Shown here piece by piece: positions 38,766 to 49,173 of a stretch of DNA of 56,957 nucleotides. Position numbers and translations under genes: made by a program. The stretch's first letter is position 1; each line of letters begins with the position of its first letter. The notes beneath the pieces are model-generated. The model had not been told where the DNA came from, searched no databases, and saw nothing but the letters and a program-made list of their open reading frames with translations. The stretch lies in the sequence record SRR20825019_616. One strand, given 5' to 3'.

Positions 38766-41041
38766 TGCAACAATCCGAACAGCCTGTTTTACGGGACATT
38801 GTCCTGATTGGCGGCGGACACAGCCACGTAGGCGTTCTCAAGCGCTTTGCCATGAACCCAGTGCCTGGTGTCCGCCTTACCCTCATCTGCAGGGATACCC
38901 ATACACCCTACTCCGGAATGCTTCCCGGGTATGTGGCTGGGCATTATTCCTACGACGACGTCCATATAGACCTCAGCAAACTGGCCGAGTTCGCGGGCGC
39001 GCGCTTCTACCGCGATGAAGTTGTTGGCATCGACCGCCATCGAAGACGTGTGGTCTGCCGCTCCCGACCGGACGTGCCTTACGACATTCTGTCGGTGAAT
39101 ATCGGGTCCGCTCCCAAGGTCGGTGACGTCAGCGGCGCAACTGAACATGCAGTGCCCGTCAAGCCTATCAACGGATTCAACAATCGCTGGCTGTCATTAT
39201 TGTCGCGGCTGGAAAACCATGACGGCCCGATGACCGTTGCTGTGGTCGGCGCAGGTGCAGGTGGCGTTGAACTCACACTGGCCATGCAGTTCCGGCTACG
39301 AAATGAGCTCGAAAAGCGCGGCCACGACCCGGACCAGTTGCACTTTCATCTGTTTGATGCAGACCAGCAGATCCTGCCTACCCACAACGCCAGGGTGCGT
39401 GCGGTATTCGCTGACACACTCGCAAGCCGTGGGGTGAAGGTTCACCTGGGATCCGCAGTCTCAGAGGTCGAGGCCAATCGTTTGACCACGGAGTCCGGCG
39501 ACACCCTGTCAGTTGACGAAGTGCTCTGGGTCACCCGTGCCGGCGGCCCCGAGTGGCTGCGGGATACCGGCCTGGCCCTGGACGACGGTGGCTTTATCCG
39601 GGTGACGGACACCCTGCAGACAGAAACCGACAACGATATCTTCGCGGCGGGTGACATTGCCAACGTTGTAAATCACCCCCGGGAAAAAGCCGGCGTATTT
39701 GCCGTTCGTCAGGGCCAGCCACTAGCGGACAACCTCCGCCGCCATGCCCTCGGAAAGCCTGCGAAGCCATTCCGGCCGCAGAAAAAATGGATGGCGCTGA
39801 TCAGTACCGGCGACAAATTCGCAGTGGCCTCCAGAGGTGACCTGTCATTGGCCGGTTCTTGGGTCTGGCGCTGGAAAAACAGCATTGATAGACGCTTCAT
39901 GGCGAAATTCAATGATCTTCCCGCCATGGAAGAGAACGCCGCCCTGCCCGACACCGGCGCCGCACAAAACCCCGAGGAAGCGTCCCAGGCCATCTCCGCG
40001 GTGGCCATGCGTTGCGGTGGCTGCGGAGCCAAAGTCGGCAGTACCGTGCTGTCACGGGCCCTCGGCGAGCTGCGACCAATAGAGCGGGATGACATCCTGA
40101 TTGGTCTACACGCCCCAGACGACGCCGCCGTACTGACCGTCCCACCCGGAAAGGCGGTGGTTCACACCGTCGATTTCTTTCGCGCCTTTATTGACGACCC
40201 CTATGTGTTCGGCCGGGTTGCCGCCAATCACGCCCTGGGCGACGTGTTTGCCATGGGCGCCGAAGCTCAGAGTGCCACCGCCGTAGCGACCGTGCCCTAC
40301 GGCATAGAGTCCAAGGTGGAAGACGTGGTTTACCAGATGATGTCCGGCGCCGTGGAAGTGCTGAATGAAGCTGGCTGCGCGTTGGTAGGCGGCCATACGG
40401 GTGAAGGCCGTGAGCTGGCACTGGGCTTTGCCGTCAACGGGTTGATTGATCCGGATGACGTCATGAGCAAGGGCGGCCTGCGGGCCGGAGACGCTCTGCT
40501 GCTGACCAAGCCCATCGGTACCGGGACCCTGTTCGCTGCCCACGCCAAACTTGCCGCGAAAGGCCGCTGGATTGATTCTGCCCTGGCCTCAATGATGCAG
40601 TCCAACAAAGACGCGGCCCAGTGCCTGCGCCGATATGGTTCACGAGCCTGCACCGACGTAACGGGTTTTGGTTTGCTTGGCCATCTGGTTGAGATGACGC
40701 GCCCCTCTGGCGTTGATGCGGAGCTCGATCTCACGGCAATACCGATTTTGCCTGGCGCTGAGGAAACTGCAGCAGCAGGTATCCTCAGCTCCTTGCAGCC
40801 GGCCAACATTCGTCTCCGGCGTGGTATTCGAGACCAGGAAAAGTGGGTCAACCATCCTCGCTACCCATTGATCTTCGACCCGCAGACCGCCGGCGGACTG
40901 CTGGCCAGCGTGCCCGCTGACCAGGCGGATGCCTGTATCAGTGAGCTGAAAGCAATGGGCTATCCCCACACTGCCATTATAGGGCGGGTGTTGCCGCAGG
41001 ATGAGAGCGGCCCCATCGAGCCCATCACACTCAGGGATTGA
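38765..41041 (+). CDS. selD: FAD-dependent oxidoreductase-selenophosphate synthetase fusion (SelD/SenC)
   Basis: IGGGHSH and GAGAGG Rossmann motifs; CGGCGAK, DDAA, TVDFF, GGHT, TDVTGFGLLGH, DPQTAGGLL. Confidence 0.93.
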   Translation: MQQSEQPVLRDIVLIGGGHSHVGVLKRFAMNPVPGVRLTLICRDTHTPYSGMLPGYVAGHYSYDDVHIDLSKLAEFAGARFYRDEVVGIDRHRRRVVCRSRPDVPYDILSVNIGSAPKVGDVSGATEHAVPVKPINGFNNRWLSLLSRLENHDGPMTVAVVGAGAGGVELTLAMQFRLRNELEKRGHDPDQLHFHLFDADQQILPTHNARVRAVFADTLASRGVKVHLGSAVSEVEANRLTTESGDTLSVDEVLWVTRAGGPEWLRDTGLALDDGGFIRVTDTLQTETDNDIFAAGDIANVVNHPREKAGVFAVRQGQPLADNLRRHALGKPAKPFRPQKKWMALISTGDKFAVASRGDLSLAGSWVWRWKNSIDRRFMAKFNDLPAMEENAALPDTGAAQNPEEASQAISAVAMRCGGCGAKVGSTVLSRALGELRPIERDDILIGLHAPDDAAVLTVPPGKAVVHTVDFFRAFIDDPYVFGRVAANHALGDVFAMGAEAQSATAVATVPYGIESKVEDVVYQMMSGAVEVLNEAGCALVGGHTGEGRELALGFAVNGLIDPDDVMSKGGLRAGDALLLTKPIGTGTLFAAHAKLAAKGRWIDSALASMMQSNKDAAQCLRRYGSRACTDVTGFGLLGHLVEMTRPSGVDAELDLTAIPILPGAEETAAAGILSSLQPANIRLRRGIRDQEKWVNHPRYPLIFDPQTAGGLLASVPADQADACISELKAMGYPHTAIIGRVLPQDESGPIEPITLRD

Positions 41042-42008
41042 GACGGTCGCCTTTGGCCCTGGCCTTCTCAATCGCAGTGAGCAGGGCCGCTTGCTCAGCT
41101 TCAGGAACAAAGCAAGAGGCGAGTTCGGTGACGCGATCGGTCAGTTCCCCGAGATATTCGGGGGATTGTTCCGCCCACAGTAACACCTTCGCAAGATCAG
41201 CCTCGTCGCCTACACGGAAGTACCCCGGGTAATCTTCACCCAGTAGACCAATATTGCCGGAGATGTCCGACGCGATAACCGGCAGCCCTGCACGACAGGC
41301 TTCGGATACGACATTAGCGCCTCCTTCCATCACCGAGCTGATAACCATGGCACGGCAACGGTTCATAAGCTGATGGGTGGACGGTCTGTCAATTTCGCCA
41401 AGCCACTGAAAACGCGGATTGGCCTCCTGTTCGGCTATGGCTCGCCGAGCCCAGTCATGGCTGTGAGCCTTGCCTGCATTCAGCACCCGGATGGTCGAAC
41501 CTGGCGGCAATGTCCTCGCCGCGATTGCGGCCCTCAGAGGGTCCTTCTCCTCGCGCAGGTGTCCGATAACACAGACATCGAAATGCCTGGTATCGACGCC
41601 TGCATTACCCCCGGGCCGATCGGCGGATTGCAACACCGTCACCAGCTTTGGCACGAAACGCTCGGGAATATCCCGGCCAACACGATGGTGGAGCCCCACA
41701 AGGCAATCCGCGAGGGCCATGGAATGGAGGGTTTGCTCCGGGTAGCGGTACTGGTGGTCGTATATGTCCGTGCCCGTAAGCACAACGATTATTGGCGTTT
41801 CCGGGTTGTGGTCACGGAAGCGAAGAACGGCCTCATGGCTCCTCCAGGCGTGCAGGGCAATGTACAGGTCGCAGGGCTCGTTGTTGTATTCGGTCACAAC
41901 GAAAACCCGGTGTCCGGCCTGCTCAAGCAACCGGCACCATCGGTCCGCCGTGGCCCGATTACCAGCCCTGGAGCCCGGTAGCGCCGGGGTATTCAGGATG
42001 ATTTTCAT
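41031..42008 (-). CDS. senB: Selenosugar synthase SenB (glycosyltransferase)
   Basis: GNRATADRW, ALHAWRS, LTGTDIY, GHLREEKDP, SSVMEGGANVVSEA; adjacent to selD. Confidence 0.88.
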   Translation of the reverse strand: MKIILNTPALPGSRAGNRATADRWCRLLEQAGHRVFVVTEYNNEPCDLYIALHAWRSHEAVLRFRDHNPETPIIVVLTGTDIYDHQYRYPEQTLHSMALADCLVGLHHRVGRDIPERFVPKLVTVLQSADRPGGNAGVDTRHFDVCVIGHLREEKDPLRAAIAARTLPPGSTIRVLNAGKAHSHDWARRAIAEQEANPRFQWLGEIDRPSTHQLMNRCRAMVISSVMEGGANVVSEACRAGLPVIASDISGNIGLLGEDYPGYFRVGDEADLAKVLLWAEQSPEYLGELTDRVTELASCFVPEAEQAALLTAIEKARAKGDRLNP

Positions 42009-42184
42009 GAGTGTCGGTTTCCATCAAGATTTTCATTTTTTGCCGGATACCCCTAACCTGATTGGCTCATAGAATCGTATAGCTGTTCAGAGTTGCAGTA
42101 AATCACGGTATTCTGGATAGCTTCGGGCTTCCGGTCCGGACATGTGACCCCGCTAAATTCAGCTCCAGACACAAGGAAATTCAA

Positions 42185-43054
42185 ATGGCTTTGAAATTGA
42201 TACGGAAGTTCGCTGTCGCCAGCTTACTGACCTTGCTCTCTTCAGCAACCGTTTCAGCCCAGACACTAGTCTTCACCGCCATTCCCGATGAAGACGAAAC
42301 CAAACTGGTGGAACGCTTCACGGGTATCGCCGATTACCTGGCAGGAGAGTTGGACGTAGATGTTCGCTATATCCCTGTCAAATCCTACGCCGCCGCGGTT
42401 TCAGCCTTCCGCAACAACCAGGTCCAGCTAGCCTGGTTCGGCGGGCTTTCCGGCGTGCAGGCCCGCGAATTGGTTCCCGGCTCTGAAGCGATTGCCCAGG
42501 GCGTGGAAGACAAAGCGTTTTACACTCATTTCATTGCCCACAAAAGTACCGGACTTGACGAGATGGAAACCCTGTCCGACGAACTCCGGGGGAAGACCTT
42601 TACCTTCGGTTCCAAGGGGTCAACCTCCGGTCGCCTGATTCCGGAGTACTATATTCGCGAATCCTTTGATGACAGCCCCGACGACGTCTTCAGCCGTGTA
42701 GGCTTCAGTGGCAATCACACCCGCACCCTTCGTCTCGTAGAGGCGGGCACCTACGATGTTGGCGCGATCAACTTCTCAGTGTGGGACAAGGAAATGGAAA
42801 ACGGCAACATTGATACAGACGCGGTGAAGGTCATCTGGACAACGCCGTCGTACCCGAACTATCAGTGGAGTGTTCGCGGCGACGTCAACGAACAGTTCGG
42901 TGAAGGTTTCCAGAAACGGCTTCAGGAAGCCCTGCTTGCGATGGACGACCCTGAATTGCTTGAAAGCTTTCCCCGTAGTGGTTTCATCCCAGTCTCCAAT
43001 GACGCTTACGAGCCGATCCGGGTAGTTGGAAAGCAGATCGGAATCATCGATTAA
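42185..43054 (+). CDS. PhnD-like ABC substrate-binding protein (putative selenate/selenium-associated family)
   Basis: FTAIPDED, LAWFGGLSGVQAR, FGSKGSTSGRL, VGFSGNH; context next to selD/senB. Confidence 0.85.
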   Translation: MALKLIRKFAVASLLTLLSSATVSAQTLVFTAIPDEDETKLVERFTGIADYLAGELDVDVRYIPVKSYAAAVSAFRNNQVQLAWFGGLSGVQARELVPGSEAIAQGVEDKAFYTHFIAHKSTGLDEMETLSDELRGKTFTFGSKGSTSGRLIPEYYIRESFDDSPDDVFSRVGFSGNHTRTLRLVEAGTYDVGAINFSVWDKEMENGNIDTDAVKVIWTTPSYPNYQWSVRGDVNEQFGEGFQKRLQEALLAMDDPELLESFPRSGFIPVSNDAYEPIRVVGKQIGIID

Positions 43055-43704
43055 TGTCGGGATTCGATCTATCCGGCCTGACGGCGTCTTTTGGTGGAGA
43101 GCGGGTGATTGGCCCGCTCTCCCTCAGTGTCAGGGAAGGAGAGCGCGTTGGCCTGGTGGGCCGCAGCGGCGCCGGAAAATCCACTCTGATCCGGCTTGTC
43201 TATGAGCAGGTGGAGCGCCTGGCAGCATTGGTCCCCCAGGACCTGGGACTGGTCAACGCGTTACCGGTATTCCACAACGTATACATGGGCCGCCTCGATG
43301 CCCACGGCAACTGGTACAACATGGTTACCCTGGTTCGGCCATTCACCCGGGACAGCCGTGACGTCAAAAGCCTATTGTCGGAACTGGGGATGACCGAGAA
43401 AGCCTGGATGCCCACCGCATCGCTGTCCGGCGGACAGCGCCAGCGCGTGGCCATCGCCCGTGCCCTTTACCGGCAGTCAGGACTTTTGTTGGCGGACGAG
43501 CCTGTCTCTGCCCTGGATGGGCCGCTTGCCCACCAGGTTATGACGTTATTGAGAGAGCGCTTCAAGACCAGCGTTATCGCACTCCATGATGTCGAGCTCG
43601 CTCTGGAATACTGCACCCGTATCGTGGGTATCCAGGACGGGCAGATCGCGCTGGACGAGTCGAGCGAAAAGCTCACACCGGCCGACATTGCGCCACTCTA
43701 CTGA
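43054..43704 (+). CDS. PhnC-like ABC ATP-binding protein
   Basis: GRSGAGKS, LSGGQRQR, LLADEP. Confidence 0.9.
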   Translation: MSGFDLSGLTASFGGERVIGPLSLSVREGERVGLVGRSGAGKSTLIRLVYEQVERLAALVPQDLGLVNALPVFHNVYMGRLDAHGNWYNMVTLVRPFTRDSRDVKSLLSELGMTEKAWMPTASLSGGQRQRVAIARALYRQSGLLLADEPVSALDGPLAHQVMTLLRERFKTSVIALHDVELALEYCTRIVGIQDGQIALDESSEKLTPADIAPLY

Positions 43705-43729
43705 CTCAACCGGCCCAGATTCCACTCCT

Positions 43730-45196
43730 ATGCTGTCTTCGCCAACCGTCAAAACCAGCCTGATCTTTATCGCCATCGCCCTGGTAGGCCTGGTGTTTGC
43801 CGATATCGCTATCACGGCAGCCAATCCCTGGAAAGATCTTGGCCGGTTCTTCCTGGGCGTAATAACACCGGATTTTTTCAGTACCGAAGGGCTGGCAACC
43901 GCCCTGCTTCGGACGGTTGCCTTTGCCTTCGTTGGCGTCGCTCTCGGCAGTATCAGCGGCTTTCTTCTGGCGCTTGTTTATCGCTGGATGCCGGTTCGGA
44001 TTCTGTGCGCGTTTGTGCGGGCGATACATGAGCTGTTCTGGGCGCTTATTTTCCTGCAATTTTTCGGCTTCCATCCGCTGACAGGCGTTCTAGCCATCGC
44101 TATCCCCTACGCCGGTATCTTCGCCAAGGTCTATTCGGAGATCCTGGAAGAAGCCGACCCGGAACCCGGTCGCCTGTTACCGCCCCGTACGGGCGTTGTT
44201 TCGGCCTTCCTGTACACCAAAATACCGGATTGCTGGGTGCAGCTGCGAACCTACACCGCGTACCGGCTGGAATGCGGCTTGCGCTCCAGTGCCATCCTTG
44301 GCTTTGTTGGCTTGCCAACCCTCGGCTTCTACCTGGAATCGGCCTTTTCTCAAGGCCACTATTCCGACGCCGGCGCCATGCTGATCCTTTTCTACGTGCT
44401 GATAGCCACCATGCCGCTCTGGGTAAAGCCGAAGCTGTTGCCCGTTTATATCGTTGGCGCACCGTTTTTTCTTGGCGAAGGTCTCCCGATTGTCTGGAGT
44501 AACGTCGGCCGGTTTTTCACCCAGGACATCGTGCCGTCACCACTGCGCGGAGAAGAAGGCTGGGCCGGCATGGGCGCGTGGCTGGGGGACATGTTTGTCA
44601 ATCAGGCCATGCCGGGCATCTGGAACACGGTAATCCTCACCCAGGTGGCCCTGGTTGCAACCGGGATCATTGCACTACTGGCCTTCCCGTTGATATCGAC
44701 TCACTTCGGCGGGCCTGTTCGCCGTACCTCGGGGCATGTCTTCCTGGTGATCATGCGTTCCACGCCGGAGTACATCCTGGCGTATATCCTTTTGCAGCTA
44801 TGGGGCCCGTCCATGCTGCCCGCCGTTGTTGCGCTGGCATTGCATAACGGGGGCATCATCGGCCATCTGATTGGCCGGCAATCCAGCACCATCCGGTTAC
44901 GCCCGGATGCGCCGATTGGTCTTAATCGGTATACCTACGAACTGGTGCCCAGGGTCTATCGTTCATTCCTGGCGTTCCTGTTCTACCGCTGGGAAATCAT
45001 CATGCGGGAGACTGCGATCCTCGGCATACTGGGCATCTACACCCTGGGTTTCTACGTCGACAGCGCCATCCAGAACATCCAGTTTGATCGCGCGATGGTG
45101 CTGATCCTGATCACTGCATCCCTGAACATTGGTATCGATATATTAGGCCGCTTTATCCGCAGGAAACTCGCCCTGCAGACCATGCCTACCTGCTAG
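43730..45196 (+). CDS. PhnE/PtxC-like ABC permease (duplicated domain)
   Basis: Two permease repeats: YRLECGLRSSAILGFVG and YRWEIIMRETAILGILG. Confidence 0.88.
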   Translation: MLSSPTVKTSLIFIAIALVGLVFADIAITAANPWKDLGRFFLGVITPDFFSTEGLATALLRTVAFAFVGVALGSISGFLLALVYRWMPVRILCAFVRAIHELFWALIFLQFFGFHPLTGVLAIAIPYAGIFAKVYSEILEEADPEPGRLLPPRTGVVSAFLYTKIPDCWVQLRTYTAYRLECGLRSSAILGFVGLPTLGFYLESAFSQGHYSDAGAMLILFYVLIATMPLWVKPKLLPVYIVGAPFFLGEGLPIVWSNVGRFFTQDIVPSPLRGEEGWAGMGAWLGDMFVNQAMPGIWNTVILTQVALVATGIIALLAFPLISTHFGGPVRRTSGHVFLVIMRSTPEYILAYILLQLWGPSMLPAVVALALHNGGIIGHLIGRQSSTIRLRPDAPIGLNRYTYELVPRVYRSFLAFLFYRWEIIMRETAILGILGIYTLGFYVDSAIQNIQFDRAMVLILITASLNIGIDILGRFIRRKLALQTMPTC

Positions 45197-45359
45197 CTGC
45201 CTACCGCGTCACAGTTCCATGGATTCCTGCCGCTTTTGGCCCGGCTTCCCTTCGTGCTCAGAATACATTTGGTTACACTTCAGATAACGGATGTAACAAT
45301 CTCCACCAGAACACCGCTCATCCAGGATTTGAACAGGGTTTGAGCAAGAGGGAACACCT

Positions 45360-45965
45360 ATGATTAGCAGCTTTATTATGCTGTTCGAAGTCGGGCTGAT
45401 CGCGCTGCTGCTTTTACTGGTCTTTCGAATGCTTACCCTGGTCCGGAACGATCCGTTCGTGCCGGCGTCCGTGGTGACAATGGTGGCTGGACACCAACAT
45501 TCGGCCCAGCCTCCACTACCAGAGGCTCAACAGAAACGCTCCGTTGCCGCTCCGCAACCAACCCGCTCAGCTCCCTCAGACACCTGTGGATTGATCACCC
45601 AGATGCATATCCTGCTGAGTCTCCAGGACCGGGATTGCCGGGAACATGGGCTGGTTCTGGAAACCGCGCCCCATGCGGTTCGGGAATACGCCGTCGTCTG
45701 GTTGTATGGCGCTGCCTGCGCCCTGTGTGAAAAACCGCAACGGCATTCAGATGCGCTGCTTGATCTGGTCAGCAAACTGGCCAGCCGAAAAATCGGCATA
45801 CGGCAACCCGAAGCCGTCCAGGCGCTATCAACGATGACCGGCAGTTCGACCTTGTTGGCCTTTTTCAGAGGTGGTGTAAGCGGTGCAGAGCACTGGAGCG
45901 GGCATCGCTATGTTCCGCAGGAACACAGCCTCTACTCAACGGTTACGTCGAACGCCTTTATTTGA
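45360..45965 (+). CDS. Hypothetical protein with N-terminal TM
   Basis: 201-aa ORF, GAGGG RBS. Confidence 0.65.
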   Translation: MISSFIMLFEVGLIALLLLLVFRMLTLVRNDPFVPASVVTMVAGHQHSAQPPLPEAQQKRSVAAPQPTRSAPSDTCGLITQMHILLSLQDRDCREHGLVLETAPHAVREYAVVWLYGAACALCEKPQRHSDALLDLVSKLASRKIGIRQPEAVQALSTMTGSSTLLAFFRGGVSGAEHWSGHRYVPQEHSLYSTVTSNAFI

Positions 45966-45984
45966 CGTTTACAGGAGGACCCGC

Positions 45985-46320
45985 TCAACCGCGGGCTTTG
46001 GGGCGGGTAGCAGACTCTTCCAGCGTCCAGTCAACGCCGAGGTTCACGGGGTCTGTGGTATCCGGGTTATCGGCCGGGCTGCCAGCCACCTCTGGCCGGG
46101 AAAAGCACCCGTCGTCCAGACGCTCCATCGACTCCACATCCACGGAACGTACTACGTAGCTTATGCCATTGCTGATGACCCTGGTGCGATGGCTGAGCCC
46201 AAAGATAAAACGGCAATAATCCAGTTTGAGCTGAAGCAGATCCTGTTCCGCTTTCTGGATCTTTCTTAGCAGGACTTTCTGTACGCTATCACCGTAATCC
46301 ATATACGCTTCCCTGGACAA
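45985..46320 (-). CDS. Hypothetical protein
   Basis: About 105-111 aa ORF filling the gap; start uncertain. Confidence 0.6.
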   Translation of the reverse strand: MSREAYMDYGDSVQKVLLRKIQKAEQDLLQLKLDYCRFIFGLSHRTRVISNGISYVVRSVDVESMERLDDGCFSRPEVAGSPADNPDTTDPVNLGVDWTLEESATRPKARG

Positions 46321-46379
46321 TGTGTGGTGGATGGTGGTTCGCTGATTTTACACAATCCTGACACACTGTCATCCCATCG

Positions 46380-46868
46380 TCAGACACGGCCCCTGGCAAC
46401 AAACGTCAGTTTTACGGGCATCGAGAAGGCATGATCCATCCCGGCCTGAAGGTCGATCCGCCAGGTCATGCTAGGGTCGGTGGTGCAGAAAGGTGCGGTA
46501 AACCGAGCTTCCCAGAGCTGGCCCTCACCATCGGGCGACATCCCCGCCTTGGTCATGGGAACCGGATACTCCCCCAGGTACATGGACTCGCCCCGCAGCA
46601 CAGCCAGCATCCGGGGCTGATTCCCGTTGGTCTTTACCGTTAAATGGTATTCCGTGCCCTGGGCCTGAACACCGCTTTTTTGCAACCGCGCATGCCAACT
46701 CTTGCCCTTTTGTGCCCAGTGGCACGTAGTATTGAGGAGATCGCACTCAACCGCGCCCTGATCGGCCTCGGCGACATCTTCAGACATCAACCAACGCGGG
46801 CCAAAAATGCCCAGCGCAACGACGCCGGCAATGGCAAGCACAGCAACAAGCGCTTTCAACACATCCAC
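46380..46868 (-). CDS. Hypothetical membrane-anchored protein
   Basis: GGAGGA RBS, N-terminal TM, CDLLNTTC and PFCTT cysteines. Confidence 0.7.
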   Translation of the reverse strand: MDVLKALVAVLAIAGVVALGIFGPRWLMSEDVAEADQGAVECDLLNTTCHWAQKGKSWHARLQKSGVQAQGTEYHLTVKTNGNQPRMLAVLRGESMYLGEYPVPMTKAGMSPDGEGQLWEARFTAPFCTTDPSMTWRIDLQAGMDHAFSMPVKLTFVARGRV

Positions 46869-46985
46869 TCCTCCACGGTTTAAGCGGGCATTATGGGGAT
46901 AATCGCTAATAAGGCAAAGCTTTCTAAATCATCACCGGTCATGAGAAAATACCGCGCTTTGATTCACCACCAACAGGACAAGCCA

Positions 46986-47906
46986 GTGCAACCGGACATC
47001 TCCGTCAAGCACCTCAACAAAGTCTATGCGGATGGTTTCAGGGCCCTCAACGACATCAACCTCGACATAGAACGGGGAGAGATCTTCGCCCTGCTCGGCC
47101 CGAATGGCGCCGGCAAGACCACACTGATCAGCATTATCTGTGGCATTGTGAACCTCTCCGATGGCGAAGTGAACGCCGCCGGCTACGACATCGTGAAGGA
47201 TTATCGCAAAGCCCGGGAGAGCATCGGCCTGGTTCCCCAGGAGCTCAACACCGACGCCTTCGAGACCGTTTGGGACGCTGTCTCCTTCAGCCGGGGCCTG
47301 TTCGGCAAGGCGCCTGCACCGGACCATATTGAGAAAGTCCTGAAAGATCTGTCGCTGTGGGACAAACGCAATAATCGCATCATGTCCCTGTCTGGCGGCA
47401 TGAAGCGTCGCGTGATGATCGCCAAGGCGTTGTCCCACGAACCCCGCATCCTCTTCCTTGATGAGCCCACCGCCGGTGTAGACGTGGAGCTGCGCCGGGA
47501 CATGTGGGAAATGGTGCGCAAGCTGCGGGAAAATGGCGTCACCATCATCCTCACCACCCACTACATCGAAGAAGCCGAGGAGATGGCCGACCGCATCGGC
47601 GTTATCCGCCAAGGTGAGATCATCCTGGTTGAAGACAAGTCCCGGCTGATGAGCAAACTGGGCAAGAAAGAGCTTCGCCTGCACCTGCAGAACCCGCTGG
47701 AGAAAATCCCCGGTGAACTCACGCTGGAGCCGGTGGACCTTTCCGATGATGGCTACGAGCTGATCTACACCTTCGACTCACAACAGGAGCAGGCTGGCGT
47801 AGCGCGCCTGCTGCGAACCCTGGGCGACCTGGGCATCGAATACCGGGATCTTCAGACCAGGGAAAGCTCCCTGGAAGAGATTTTTGTTGGCCTGGTGCAT
47901 GAATAA
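46986..47906 (+). CDS. ABC-2 transporter ATP-binding protein (YadG-like)
   Basis: [25 protein letters not shown]; likely GTG start at 46986. Confidence 0.92.
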   Translation: MQPDISVKHLNKVYADGFRALNDINLDIERGEIFALLGPNGAGKTTLISIICGIVNLSDGEVNAAGYDIVKDYRKARESIGLVPQELNTDAFETVWDAVSFSRGLFGKAPAPDHIEKVLKDLSLWDKRNNRIMSLSGGMKRRVMIAKALSHEPRILFLDEPTAGVDVELRRDMWEMVRKLRENGVTIILTTHYIEEAEEMADRIGVIRQGEIILVEDKSRLMSKLGKKELRLHLQNPLEKIPGELTLEPVDLSDDGYELIYTFDSQQEQAGVARLLRTLGDLGIEYRDLQTRESSLEEIFVGLVHE

Positions 47907-47933
47907 AACCAACCGGTATGCGGGAGTAACGCA

Positions 47934-48695
47934 ATGAACCTTTACGGTGTCCGAGCAATCTACAACTTTGAAATGGCCCGCATGCGCCGCACCCTGATGC
48001 AGAGTGTCGCCTCGCCGGTAATCTCCACCTCTCTGTACTTCGTGGTGTTTGGCTCCGCCATTGGCAGCCGCATGGGCGACATCGACAACATCAGCTACGG
48101 TGCCTACATCATTCCGGGCCTGGTAATGCTGTCGCTGCTGATGCAAAGCATTTCCAATGCCTCGTTTGGTATCTACATGCCGAAGTTCTCCGGAACAATT
48201 TATGAGCTCCTGTCGGCACCGGTCTCCTATCTGGAGGTCGTTCTCGGCTACGTCGGTGCCGCCGCCACCAAGTCGGTCATACTTGGCGTCATCATATTGC
48301 TTACCGCCAAACTGTTTGTCGACTACGACGTGCTGCACCCCTTCTGGATGTTCGCCTTCCTGGTGCTTACCTCCATCACCTTCAGCCTGTTCGGTTTCAT
48401 AATCGGCATCTGGGCGGACGGGTTTGAAAAACTGCAGATTGTTCCGCTGATGATCGTGACACCACTGGTGTTTCTCGGGGGCACGTTCTACTCCATCGAA
48501 ATGCTGCCGGAGATCTGGCAAACCATCAGCCTGTTCAACCCTGTGGTGTACCTGATCAGCGGCTTCCGCTGGGCGTTCTACGGCGTGTCTGACGTGCATG
48601 TGGGCATCAGTGTGGGTATGACACTGCTGTTCCTGACGGCGTGCATGGTCGTGGTGTGGTGGATCTTCAAGACCGGCTACCGGCTGCGTTCGTGA
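47934..48695 (+). CDS. ABC-2 transporter permease (YadH-like)
   Basis: [35 protein letters not shown]. Confidence 0.92.
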   Translation: MNLYGVRAIYNFEMARMRRTLMQSVASPVISTSLYFVVFGSAIGSRMGDIDNISYGAYIIPGLVMLSLLMQSISNASFGIYMPKFSGTIYELLSAPVSYLEVVLGYVGAAATKSVILGVIILLTAKLFVDYDVLHPFWMFAFLVLTSITFSLFGFIIGIWADGFEKLQIVPLMIVTPLVFLGGTFYSIEMLPEIWQTISLFNPVVYLISGFRWAFYGVSDVHVGISVGMTLLFLTACMVVVWWIFKTGYRLRS

Positions 48696-49168
48696 GAGCC
48701 CTGCTGGTTTGCCTGGCGCTGCTGTTCTCCGGTTGCCTGGCAGCACTCCCGGACAATGACGACCTGCCGGTGGAGAAGGCATGCCTGATCTCCGCCGGGC
48801 AGGCGGTGCCCATTACCGTTGAAGTGGCACGCACGCCGGCCGAACGCAGCCGCGGGCTGATGGACAGGGAGAGACTGGCCCCAAACGCCGGCATGCTGTT
48901 CGTCTATAACAACCAGCGCCGTGCCGACCACGGCTTCTGGATGTACCGAACGCTGATTCCACTGGATATTGCCTATCTGGACCGTGACGGCACCATCGGT
49001 GCCATTCGCCCTATGGTGCCCTGCCCATCGGACCAGGGCCGGGACTGTCCAACCTATGAGGCCGGCGTCCCGTTTTATCGGGCCCTGGAAATGAACCTGG
49101 GCTATTTCGAAAGCCAGGGGATTGGCGTGGGAGATCGGCTCTCCCTGAATGCATCAGACTGCCGTTAG
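48692..49168 (+). CDS. DUF192 domain lipoprotein
   Basis: [39 protein letters not shown] start overlapping the permease stop; FSGC lipobox. Confidence 0.88.
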   Translation: MRALLVCLALLFSGCLAALPDNDDLPVEKACLISAGQAVPITVEVARTPAERSRGLMDRERLAPNAGMLFVYNNQRRADHGFWMYRTLIPLDIAYLDRDGTIGAIRPMVPCPSDQGRDCPTYEAGVPFYRALEMNLGYFESQGIGVGDRLSLNASDCR

Positions 49169-49173
49169 CCGCC

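Noticed and set aside
40005-40035. Selenocysteine in the SelD active site
   Set aside because: The motif reads CGGCGAK with TGC codons and there is no in-frame TGA.
42185-45196. Phosphonate utilisation (phn) operon
   Set aside because: No C-P lyase or ptxD genes; binding-protein motifs and selD/senB context fit the selenium-associated subfamily better.
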